A DNA stretch of 64,000 bases from Macrostomum lignano (taxonomy: Eukaryota): contig NIVC01002972.1 in assembly GCA_002269645.1 (NCBI GenBank), positions 18,097 through 82,096 of the forward strand, written 5' to 3'. Positions 1 through 19,335 of the stretch are shown here, one piece after another. Within the stretch, counting starts at the first letter, position 1; every line of letters begins with the position of its first letter. The notes beneath the pieces were generated by a model, which saw nothing but the letters and a program-made list of their open reading frames with translations, was not told the origin of the DNA and searched no databases. The position numbers were made by a program, and so were the translations under genes.

Positions 1-648
1 ACAAGAACAAGTTAAGAAACTTAGCTGCCCACGCTGACTCTATCCCGACAATTAATATAGTTAAATCTCATAATTTTGAGACTCCCTCCTCCGACTTTGA
101 TCATCTCTAAAATACCCATTATACGCAACAACATGCAGCAGACACGTGCTCTTACGCTCATACAACTCATCAGTGTAATATTGGCTGATTGAAAATTGCG
201 AAAATTAAATTTAGGCTCATACTAGTAACTACTGTACAAACGCTAAATACGTAACATTCGTTTTGATGTAATGTAATAATTTAATATAATTTGATATAAT
301 TTGATATAATTTAATGTAAATTTTAACGTAAATTTTATGCATATAGAAATTTACACGTATTTCTAAGTTTCTGGTGATTTAGTGTTGATTTTTTTGAAGA
401 ACTGAATTTACTCTGATGACTATCTTCACTTAGTTTGAATTTGTATTAGAATCAATTTTGAGATAATTACTTTCTCGTACATAAAAAATTAATACTGGTT
501 ATGCATGACGTAAGCACTAGGAATAAAATTGCTACACACGTTCGCAAACTATACGAGAATATATGCAAAAAATGACGACAACAAAAACATATTCAAAAGC
601 ATACTACGAGTACAGGGTACAGGTGCGAAACTTTTAGATACATAATTT

Positions 649-1467
649 TCACAGAGTAAACATCAGATTTGTCCCTCTGAAAATTGCCATCATAAGCAAA
701 CATAGAACAGCCATTAAGTTAGCAAAAGTCGGTTTTATCGCAGCTCCAACATATGCCTGGTTGTCGTAGTTAGTCAGACGCTGCCGATGAAGAGACGGAG
801 GCGGTCGGATGCGACCCTGATCTATGCTTGATCGGCAAGAGCCTCCAGCAGGTCTTGATTGTACACCTAAAATCTTTGACCAGTCCATCAGAGACTTGCA
901 GTGCGTCAAAGAGACGCCAGCTTCTTGGCTGCGATCTGTTTGACACCGCGGCAGCGACCTTGACTGCTGTTGACTGTCGGGATAGGCCTCTGTCACGCTG
1001 CAAACAATCCTCGTTCGTTCATAGAATGCTTCAACTGTAAATAGTCCACCTTCAAGTAGCTCCCAATCAGTGCCGTTTCTAACCAGACCCAATACAAAAG
1101 CGCCGGAGACGCCATCAGCTGCCGATTCGGCCACACTCGCCAACACGTCAACTCCGATGCATTCGGTGCGTCGAGGTGTCAAACGAACGACCAGAGACCT
1201 CTCAGTTCGGTCAAGGCAACCCTTCAGAATGCAGACTGGTTCAACGTGGAAGTAACGCCGCATCAGACTGTCAGTGAAGTGGGCGGGTTGAACAGCTGCA
1301 GTTTGCACGACCAGATCTGCCAACAGGAGAGCCCCGGCCGGTGCCGCGAACCGGATCGGCAGCCGGTTCTCCAAGTACAGCTCTCTGGTGCGCTTGCACT
1401 GGTCGTTGGAAGTCGCAGCGGAGGCGATGGCTAAAAAGCCTGTCAGGAGTAGAACCAGTTGAAGCAT
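649..1467 (-). CDS. Single-exon 272-aa predicted secreted/membrane-anchored protein (signal peptide, Cys-containing globular region, hydrophobic C-terminal tail; possibly GPI-anchored)
   Basis: ATG-initiated non-repetitive ORF, GC-richer than its flanks; N-terminal MLQLVLLLTGFLAIASA signal-like segment; C-terminal FANLMAVLCLLMMAIF hydrophobic tail. Family not recognised with certainty. Confidence 0.75.
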   Translation of the reverse strand: MLQLVLLLTGFLAIASAATSNDQCKRTRELYLENRLPIRFAAPAGALLLADLVVQTAAVQPAHFTDSLMRRYFHVEPVCILKGCLDRTERSLVVRLTPRRTECIGVDVLASVAESAADGVSGAFVLGLVRNGTDWELLEGGLFTVEAFYERTRIVCSVTEAYPDSQQQSRSLPRCQTDRSQEAGVSLTHCKSLMDWSKILGVQSRPAGGSCRSSIDQGRIRPPPSLHRQRLTNYDNQAYVGAAIKPTFANLMAVLCLLMMAIFRGTNLMFTL

Positions 1468-1621
1468 GGCTTGGTACGACTTTTGCGGGTCTGCCCGTGT
1501 CTAATATGTTCTAGTTTTTAACTAAGTCCGGGATCGGCAGCCGCCATCAGCTCATTGGCTGACTTTTGCCCGTCTAAGATGATTTTTACTGGTCGAAACC
1601 AAGAATAGGCGTGACTTACAG

Positions 1622-1705
1622 ACACAGAAAAACAAACAGACAGACAGACAGACAGACTGACAGACTGACAGACAGACAGACTGACAGACAGACTGACAGA
1701 CAGAC

Positions 1706-1739
<34 letters not shown>

Positions 1740-1740
1740 T

Positions 1741-1816
<76 letters not shown>

Positions 1817-1823
1817 CAGAAAA

Positions 1824-1855
<32 letters not shown>

Positions 1856-1935
1856 ACTGACAGACAGACTGACAGACAGACACAGACAGACAGACTGACA
1901 GACAGACTGACAGACAGACACAGACAGACAGACAC
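1622..1935. repeat. (GACA)n microsatellite, internally duplicated
   Basis: Direct reading; CACAGAAAAACAAA interruption occurs at ~1624 and ~1817. Confidence 0.95.
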
Positions 1936-2847
1936 AAAGACATTAGGAGACTGAGTCAGACGGACAGACACGAAACGATATCCAGATCTTACATCTTACA
2001 TTAGGCTCTCTGGACCATAACTGTTTAATAGGGTAGATTTAGCTTTTGGAATGTGTTAGAAAAATAGAAAAAATAGAAAAAATAGAAAATAGTTTAGAAA
2101 AAATAGAAAATTGAGAATCTCATCATCAATACACATAAAGCCTTTATTAAAGGAGTGCAGAAGATACATGAACGTCTCTGTAGAAAACAAAATTATTGAA
2201 TACGATGATGGAATAAAAAATGGCGGCTATGCAAAAGAGATCAGCTATCAAACAAGGAAGGCTGACTCATTCTTCTTTTAGTAGGTCCAGTAGGCAAATT
2301 AGACACGTCAAGGAGGAATTGCAGCAATACACGAACATCTTTTTAATCATATCTTCGAGACTATGGGCTAATTCTTGCCATTGAATCAACGTCTCAAGAG
2401 TCGACTCAATAGAATTCAATTATCCCATGCTATCTATACTATAGATTCGCCTAACCCAGTAAGAACTTACTAAACTTATACGTACCTACATGCAAAAGAC
2501 CCGTGGGCCAAATTGTCAATTATAACGTTAGAAACGCGCATTTTGCTGTCTGAAGAAGCTTGAGGGCATGACCTCCGTATAATCCACGTAAAAACGTATA
2601 ATTAATCGCTTAAGTTTAGAGAGATTCCAGTCAGAACAAATATAGATCATCACTGCCATCTGCTATCAATCAGTGCGGACTTGATGGCAGGTGCTACCTC
2701 TAGGTCTACTATTAACCATTAACCATAGGTCTACTAGGTCTACTTTCGAATCGTACTTGATGTGACCTTGGTTTGACCCTGGAAAGTCGCGCAAGGTCAA
2801 GAAGCCATTTTAATCACCGACAGTGCGTCAAAAAGCGATTGGCCTAC

Positions 2848-4328
2848 TTTACCCTATATTTACCCTAGTTTACCCTATAGTTTACCCTAGTTTACCCTAG
2901 TTTACCCTATAATTTACCCTATAGTTTACCCTATAATTTACCCTAGTTTACCCTAGCTTACCCTAGTTTACCCTAGTTTACCCTAGTTTACCCTAGCTTA
3001 CCCTAGTTTACCCTATAATTTACCCTAGTTTACCCTAGCTTACCCTAATTTACCCTAGTTTACCCTAGTTTACCCTAGCTTACCCTAATTTACCCTAGCT
3101 TACCCTAGTTTACCATAGTTTACCCTAATTTACCCTAGCTTACCCTAGTTTACCATAGTTTACCCTAATTTACCCTAGCTTACCCTAGTTTACCATAGTT
3201 TACCCTATTTTACCCTAGTTTACCCTAGTTTACCCTAGCTTACCCTAGTTTACCCTAGTTTACCCTATTTTACCCTAGTTTATCCTAGTTTACCCTAGTT
3301 TACCCTAGTTTACCCTAGTTTACCCTAGCTTACCCTAGTTTACCATACTTTACCCTATTTTACCCTAGTTTATCCTAGTTTACCCTAGCTTACCCTAGTT
3401 TACCTTAGTTTACCCTAGCTTACCCTAATTTACCCTAGTTTACCCTAGTTTACCCTAGCTTACCCTAATTTACCCTAGCTTACCCTAGTTTACCATAGTT
3501 TACCCTAATTTACCCTAGCTTACCCTAGTTTACCATAGTTTACCCTAATTTACCCTAGCTTACCCTAGTTTACCATAGTTTACCCTATTTTACCCTAGTT
3601 TACCCTAGTTTACCCTAGCTTACCCTAGTTTACCCTAGTTTACCCTATTTTACCCTAGTTTATCCTAGTTTACCCTAGTTTACCCTAGTTTACCCTAGTT
3701 TACCCTAGCTTACCCTAGTTTACCATACTTTACCCTATTTTACCCTAGTTTATCCTAGTTTACCCTAGCTTACCCTAGTTTACCCTAGTTTACCCTATTT
3801 TACCCTAGTTTATCCTAGTTTACCCTAGTTTACCCTAGTTTACCCTAGTTTACCCTAGCTTACCCTAGTTTACCATACTTTACCCTATTTTACCCTAGTT
3901 TATCCTAGTTTACCCTAGCTTACCCTAGTTTACCCTAGTTTACCCTATTTTACCCTAGTTTATCCTAGTTTACCCTAGTTTACCCTAGTTTACCCTAGTT
4001 TACCCTAGCTTACCCTAGTTTACCATACTTTACCCTATTTTACCCTAGTTTATCCTAGTTTACCCTAGCTTACCCTAGTTTACCCTAGTTTACCCTATTT
4101 TACCCTAGTTTATCCTAGTTTACCCTAGTTTACCCTATTTTACCCTAGCTTACCCTAGTTTACCCTAGTTTACCCTATTTTACCCTAGCTTACCCTAGTT
4201 TACCCTAGCTTACCCTAGTTTACCCTAGTTTACCCTATTTTACCCTAGTTTATCCTAGTTTACCCTTGTTTACCCTAGTTTACCCTAGTTTACCCTAGTT
4301 TACCCTAGCTTACCCTAGCTTACCCAGT
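2848..4328. repeat. 10-bp satellite (TTTACCCTAG)n with higher-order variant pattern
   Basis: About 145 units; variant TACCATACTT at 3341, 3721, 3871, 4021. Confidence 0.95.
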
Positions 4329-5304
4329 TTGCTCCAAAAACTGTTAGGAATCTTTCGCCTCTGAAAGCGCATCTCACAGCTCCCATGAGGTCATCTATCG
4401 TCGGGTCGGCCATCTCTATGCATGTATAAAGACCGGAGTAACCCTTCACTATACTCGTAGATAAGGTTATTACGCAATCAACTGAGGGTAATCAGGTTGG
4501 TTTTCTTTTGCGAAGAAGCTTTCACTGTCTCCTTCCCCTGCCCCTGTCTGATCAGTTTAACTCGCCATTGAGAGTCTGCGATGCAGGAGGCATAAATCAA
4601 AAGAAACAGGGGGGGGGGGATCGAGACTTCCAAGTGACAAAATAAGGGAAAAGTTAATCAGTTTTCCCTGTAAGCTCTCTTTGATCCTTGTAAAAGTTGC
4701 TATATATATACGAGTATATATATATATATACGTCACAGAATCAAATTCTATCTGACTGCCTAATCAGATTTTGTAGAATTTTTTCTCCCCTGGCAACAGA
4801 AGGCGCGATTTGAAACAAATTTAACCCTGGTATAAGATTTATATCGTTAAACCCTTGCAAACACTCGACAGTTTGTTTCTATGAGGCTGCACAACTATAG
4901 CCAACTCTTTCTCAAAAGAAGAACTGAATATATCAGCTTGAGGTCATGACCTCTTACATTGTCAATGCACAGATCTTATGGTCTGGGGTAAACGTTGAAG
5001 TTTACTCGTAGAAGGATTCCGGACGGCGGAGCAAAGATCTATCATCATGCCACCTACTATACTATCCATCAGTGCGGTGCTTGATGTCAGATGTACGTGT
5101 AGGTGCCACTATTAATCATTCGGCATTATTTCTTTCTAATGACCTTGACTTTACCCGTAGAAAGTTGTGCAAAGCCAAAATATTCACCGAAAGCCAAGAA
5201 GCGATCAGATGGATCAAAGTGGTGAAATCAGCTAAAATACCAACTATTTCTACATAAAATTACATACGAGCATAGAGATGCGGTAGCGTAGTGGTTCCCT
5301 AGCT

Positions 5305-6048
5305 CACCCTATAGTTTACCCTATAGTTTACCCTATAGTTTACTCTATAGTTTGCCCTATAGTTTACCCTATAGTTTACCCTATAGTTTACCCTATAGTT
5401 TACCCTATAGTTTACCCTATAGTTTACTCTGTAGTTTACCCTATAGTTTACCCTATAGTTTACCCTTATAGTTTACCCTATAGTTTCTATAGTTCTCCCT
5501 ATAGTTTAACCTTATAGTTTACCCTATAGTTTACCCTATAGTTTACCCTATAGTTTACCCTATAGTTTACCCTATAGTTTACCCTATAGTTTACCCTATA
5601 GTTTACCCTATAGTTTACTCTGTAGTTTACCCTATAGTTTACCCTGATAGTTTACCCTATAGTTTACCCTATAGTTTACCCTATAGTTTACCCTATAGTT
5701 TACCCTATAGTTTACCCTATAGTTTACTCTGTAGTTTACCCTATAGTTTACCCTATAGTTTACCCTGATAGTTTACCCTATAGTTTACCCTATAGTTTAC
5801 CCTGATAGTTTACCCTATAGTTTACCCTATAGTTTACCCTATAGTTTACTCTGTAGTTTACCCTATAGTTTACCCTATAGTTTACCCTATAGTTTACCCT
5901 GATAGTTTACCCTATAGTTTACCCTATAGTTTACCCTGATAGTTTACCCTATAGTTTACCCTATAGTTTACCCTATAGTTTACCCTATAGTTTACCCTAT
6001 AGTTTACCCTACAGTTTACCCTAAAGTTTACCCTATAGTTTACCCTAC
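5305..6048. repeat. 12-bp satellite (TTTACCCTATAG)n
   Basis: About 60 units; variants TTTACTCTGTAG and TTTACCCTGATAG recur. Confidence 0.95.
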
Positions 6049-6452
6049 TTCACCGTCAGGTATTTTTATTCATTCATTAATTCATATCTTCGTATTGAAG
6101 GCTGATTGATGCGTAGTTGTTTCAAAAATGAAATTAAATCAATCATCAAATTTAAAACCGTTTTCTTACATGTACGATCTTAAAAAATTAATTTGAAGAC
6201 CAAAATTTGTATAACAATGCATTGATGTAAAAGCAAATTTGGTATGTGTTTTAATTGTTGTTTGTTGATTTTTTGTTCGATAATCTAACAAAAGTAACGT
6301 AATTTTGCTGTGTTGATCACCCAAATTTGGGACTTATACAATTTGAGGCCTGTCTTGTGATTCAAAGCGATGAGGGCCAATCCCAAGGCAAGAGAGTGTA
6401 CATGTTTGATGGTTAGAAAGTCAGAGGGCCGCTGTGTGAGCGTGTGTATGAC

Positions 6453-6494
<42 letters not shown>

Positions 6495-6562
6495 AGAGTC
6501 ATTGAGTCAAGAGTCAGAAGTCAGGAGTCAGGAGTCCTGAGAGTCAGTAGTTAGGAGTCAGT

Positions 6563-6604
<42 letters not shown>

Positions 6605-6605
6605 T

Positions 6606-6657
<52 letters not shown>

Positions 6658-6750
6658 CCAAGAGTCATTGAGTCAAGAGTCAGAAGTCAGGAGTCAGGAG
6701 TCCTGAGAGTCAGTAGTTAGGAGTCAGTGAGTCAGTAGTTAGGAGTCAGT

Positions 6751-6798
<48 letters not shown>

Positions 6799-6938
6799 TT
6801 GAGTCAAGAGTCAGAAGTCAGTAGTTAGGAGTCAGTGAGCCAGGAGTTAGGAGTCAGGAGTCAAGAGTCATTGAGTCAAGAGTCAGGAGTCAGAAGTCAG
6901 GAGTCAGGAGTCCTGAGAGTCAGTAGTTAGGAGTCAGT

Positions 6939-6990
<52 letters not shown>

Positions 6991-7009
6991 TCAAGAGTCA
7001 TTGAGTCAA

Positions 7010-7044
<35 letters not shown>

Positions 7045-7072
7045 TGAGTCAGGAGTCCTGGGAGTCAGTAGT

Positions 7073-7138
<66 letters not shown>

Positions 7139-7166
7139 TGAGTCAGGAGTCCTGGGAGTCAGTAGT

Positions 7167-7217
<51 letters not shown>

Positions 7218-7285
7218 AGAGTCATTGAGTCAAGAGTCAGAAGTCAGGAGTCAGGAGTCCTGAGAGTCAGTAGTTAGGAGTCAGT

Positions 7286-7341
<56 letters not shown>

Positions 7342-7342
7342 T

Positions 7343-7394
<52 letters not shown>

Positions 7395-7487
7395 CCAAGA
7401 GTCATTGAGTCAAGAGTCAGAAGTCAGGAGTCAGGAGTCCTGAGAGTCAGTAGTTAGGAGTCAGTGAGTCAGTAGTTAGGAGTCAGT

Positions 7488-7535
<48 letters not shown>

Positions 7536-7675
7536 TTGAGTCAAGAGTCAGAAGTCAGTAGTTAGGAGTCAGTGAGCCAGGAGTTAGGAGTCAGGAGTCA
7601 AGAGTCATTGAGTCAAGAGTCAGGAGTCAGAAGTCAGGAGTCAGGAGTCCTGAGAGTCAGTAGTTAGGAGTCAGT

Positions 7676-7727
<52 letters not shown>

Positions 7728-7798
7728 TCAAGAGTCATTGAGTCAAGAGTCAGGAGTCAGGAGTCAGGAGTCCTGAGAGTCAGTAGTTAGGAGTCAGT

Positions 7799-7847
<49 letters not shown>

Positions 7848-7870
7848 TGAGTCAGTAGTTAGGAGTCAGT

Positions 7871-7919
<49 letters not shown>

Positions 7920-7947
7920 TGAGTCAGGAGTCCTGGGAGTCAGTAGT

Positions 7948-8006
<59 letters not shown>

Positions 8007-8101
8007 AAGTTAGGAGTCAGGAGTCATGAGTCAGAAGTTAGGAGTCAGGAGTCAGGAGTCAGGAGTCCTGGGAGTCAGTAGTTAGGATTCAGTGAGTCAG
8101 T

Positions 8102-8155
<54 letters not shown>

Positions 8156-8330
8156 CTGGGAGTCAGTAGTTAGGAGTCAGTGAGTCAGTGAGTCAGGAGT
8201 CAGGAGTCCTGGGAGTCAGTAGTTAGGATTCAGTGAGTCAGTGAGTCAGGAGTCAGGAGTCAGAAGTTAGGAGTCAGGAATCAGGAGTCAGGAGTCCTGG
8301 GAGTCAGTAGTTAGGATTCAGTGAGTCAGT

Positions 8331-8371
<41 letters not shown>

Positions 8372-8380
8372 AGAGTCAGT
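6453..8380. repeat. 7-bp satellite (GGAGTCA)n with ~735-bp internal block duplication
   Basis: Rare variants GGAGCCAAG (~6655, ~7391) and GTGAGCCAG (~6835, ~7572) recur at the same offset. Confidence 0.95.
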
Positions 8381-8584
8381 CAGTCAGACTATTTCGCCGG
8401 TAGTTCAGTAGTTATCATTTCTGATATTCGAGCTATTGGATTATCAAGCTCATGCATTTCATATGCAAAGTTCGGCCTTCAAATACAAGTAAATTATTCA
8501 GAAAACGCGAGTGTATGCGGGATACAACGGTAACTTCCAGTGCTCATTGGATTTGACTTTGCGTCACTGCAAAAATTGGAGCTT

Positions 8585-14674
<6,090 letters not shown>

Positions 14675-15060
14675 GATTCTTGTTTGAGAATAAATGCTTC
14701 AAGTTTTCTCAGTTTTCTTGGAGAATTTGTGAAAAGAAATGCCTAAAATTTTTACCTATATTTAACTATGACGAGACACACACCTGCAAACTTAGAGACC
14801 GTTTATATCGCTTATCTCTGTGGACAGATTGAATTTTAGATTTTCCAATTTGAAAAAAGGTCACATTCAATGCAGCTAATTCCATGGGTTGGTAGTTCAG
14901 TTAGCAACAGATAAAAATATTTTGTTTACTTAGTGACAGAAACAGGGTTTTTACCCGAGGCTTGGTTTAGAAGATTGAGAGGCTCTATATATCCTAATTG
15001 CTTGAGCCAGGGAGTTTAACCTATATTGATCTTTTGTGTTTGAGCTGGGTATTTCAACCA

Positions 15061-15715
15061 ATCTGAAGGTTGCTGAGTATCTCAACTGGTCTGAAGGTTG
15101 CTGAGTATCTCAACTGATCTGAAGGTTGCTGAGTATCTCAACTGATCTGAAGGTTGTTGAGTATCTCAACTGATCTGAAGGTTGCTGAGTATCTCAACTG
15201 ATCTGAAGGTTGCTGAGTATCTCAACTGATCTGAAGGTTGTTGAGTATCTCAACTGATCTGAAGGTTGTTGAGTATCTCAACTGATCTGAAGGTTGCTGA
15301 GTATCTCAACTGATCTGAAGGTTGTTGAGTATCTCAACTGATCTGAAGGTTGTTGAGTATCTCAACTGATCTGAAGGTTGCTGAGTATCTGAACCGTTCT
15401 GAAGGTTGTTGAGTATCTCAACTGATCTGAAGGTTCTTGAGTATCTAAACCGATCTGAAGTTGTTGAGTATCTCAACTGATCTGAAGGTTGTTGAGTATC
15501 TCAACCGATCTGAAGGTTGCTGAGTATCTCAACTGATCTGAAGGTTGTTGAGTATCTCAACTGATCTGAAGGTTGCTGAGTATCTCAACTGGTCTGAAGG
15601 TTGCTGAGTGTCTCAACTGGTCTGAAGGTTGTTGAGTATCTCAACTGGTCTGAAGGTTGCTGAGTATCTCAACTGGTCTGAAGGTTGCTGAGTATCTCAA
15701 CCGATCTGAAGGTTG
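15061..15715. repeat. 28-bp minisatellite CTGAAGGTTG(C/T)TGAGTATCTCAACTGAT upstream of amylase
   Basis: Period 28, about 23 units. Confidence 0.95.
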
Positions 15716-16502
15716 GGTATCGGAACTAATTTAGGCATGCCTAGGAGAGAGAGGATCTTACTAATTTATAAATGGTTACCTCGTCAGAGCAAAATTTTGA
15801 TGCACAATCTACAGTCACTACTTTGGTAAGCTAGCTTTATGATTGGAAATTATCTGGTTAATTCCACACAGAATTAGTGCTATCATACAGCTAGGAAACC
15901 AAAGAGTGTGACTGAGACGCTGGAAACTCACCCTTGTGGTGACCGCGTTGATCGCTAAAGTCAAGGCGACTTAATCTAATCGCTAGTCATTGCATGGATT
16001 TTATTTATAGAGCCCTCGGCTTCCGACGAACTGCATAATGGTGCCTCACGCCGCCCGCCTTCCTGCCCTCGATCGTGGACCTCAATGCTGCAAAGCAGAA
16101 TCAGAAGGGGCCCACTGAGGCAAACATCCCCACTCAGATTCAATTAGTAAAGCGAATGGTTTCTGGGCAAAGTGTAACAATTTTTGTAATGGCTGCCTGG
16201 CTTGGCTGACCGTGCCTTCCTGTTTTATGCATTGTAATATTGACTCATCCAAGCAATTATTGGCTTATTGATGTTGATCTTCAACTCATGAGCAACCATC
16301 AGTCTTTTAAACTGTGCGAGTGCCTGTCCGTAAATGTGTCTGGCTGTCCGTCTGTGTGTCTTAGTCTCTTGGTATCTTTCTGTCCGTCTGTGGGTCTTAG
16401 TGTCTGTATATGTGTCTTAGTATCTTAGTGTCTGTCTGTCCGTCTGTATCTTAGTGTCTGTCCGTCTATGTGTCTTAGTGTCTTAGCGTCTATGTGTCTT
16501 AT

Positions 16503-16687
<185 letters not shown>

Positions 16688-17016
16688 ATTTAATAAGATG
16701 CTGTATCGTACTCTAGTCAATAGCGGCATGAAAAAATTTAAGCAGAATAAGACTTGGCTACTCTCGAGGGCTTATAAGAGGCTAAAATATTGCTCAAAAG
16801 GTAGATAAATTAACCATGGCACGTGTCTCGTGGACACACAGTAGCCAGGAGACTGAGGGAACATGCACAAGAGGTAAAGCTGGACAGAGAGGAGAAGAAG
16901 AGGCAGTTCCAGCGACAATTAAATTTGCTCAGAGTTCCAGGCTGCTTTCTATTCAGAATGAAAGGTCAAAGTATTTTAAGTAGATGGATATATGTACTGC
17001 TAGATAATACTAGTAG

Positions 17017-18662
<1,646 letters not shown>

Positions 18663-19335
18663 AGTCTACATGTATATGGAATGCATACGCAAGCCCAGCG
18701 CACGTTGGCACACAAGAACGCAAGAGCATTCACTAGCGAAGGCGGAAAAATACATATTGAGAAAGCGCAAAAGACTCTGATAGAAAAATAGTGCCTCAGT
18801 CCGTTCTCGCGGTAAGAGCGAGTTTAAGGGCAGGCGTTGGGGCGGCGCAGGCGGTCGCACTGGGGCCGTCGAGCTCCGAGTACAGCTCTGCCCCGGGTGT
18901 CAGTGGCTGCTCCATCCGACACGTGCGACAGGCACGGAGTGAGTGGCCTTAGAAAAGATGGACGGGGCTCATTTATGCTCACCTCTCAGCTTAGCGTCTG
19001 TCCGCTCTGCAATGCCCCCCCCGAGCTAATTGTATTCAATTTATGCTCAACCACCCCTTACTGTGATCCAGCTAAACGCTAAGACGCGACCCTCAACAAC
19101 GGCTGCAGAAATAGCCCAGAAGACGCTAAACATTGAAACAGAAAAATAAGAATTTTCTCCCGTCAACAGGTTGAACTTGTTTTGCGCGTACATTATTATA
19201 TTATTGCAAAGTTGGCTGCATTTCCGGACTTGGTTAGTGCGGACCACTATGTTCCATCTGGAAGCCACCGAGCAGGTGATTTAGTTCGTCAATTGCTAAT
19301 TGAAGACAGTATTATTCGATAATTGGACAGCGGCC

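Noticed and set aside
4330-4660. Possible retrotransposon fragment between the two satellites
   Set aside because: No RT or endonuclease motif recognisable by eye.
2848-6048. Telomere or interstitial telomeric array
   Set aside because: Units are 10/12-bp TTTACCCTA(TA)G, not TTAGGG hexamers, and are internal with genes on both sides.
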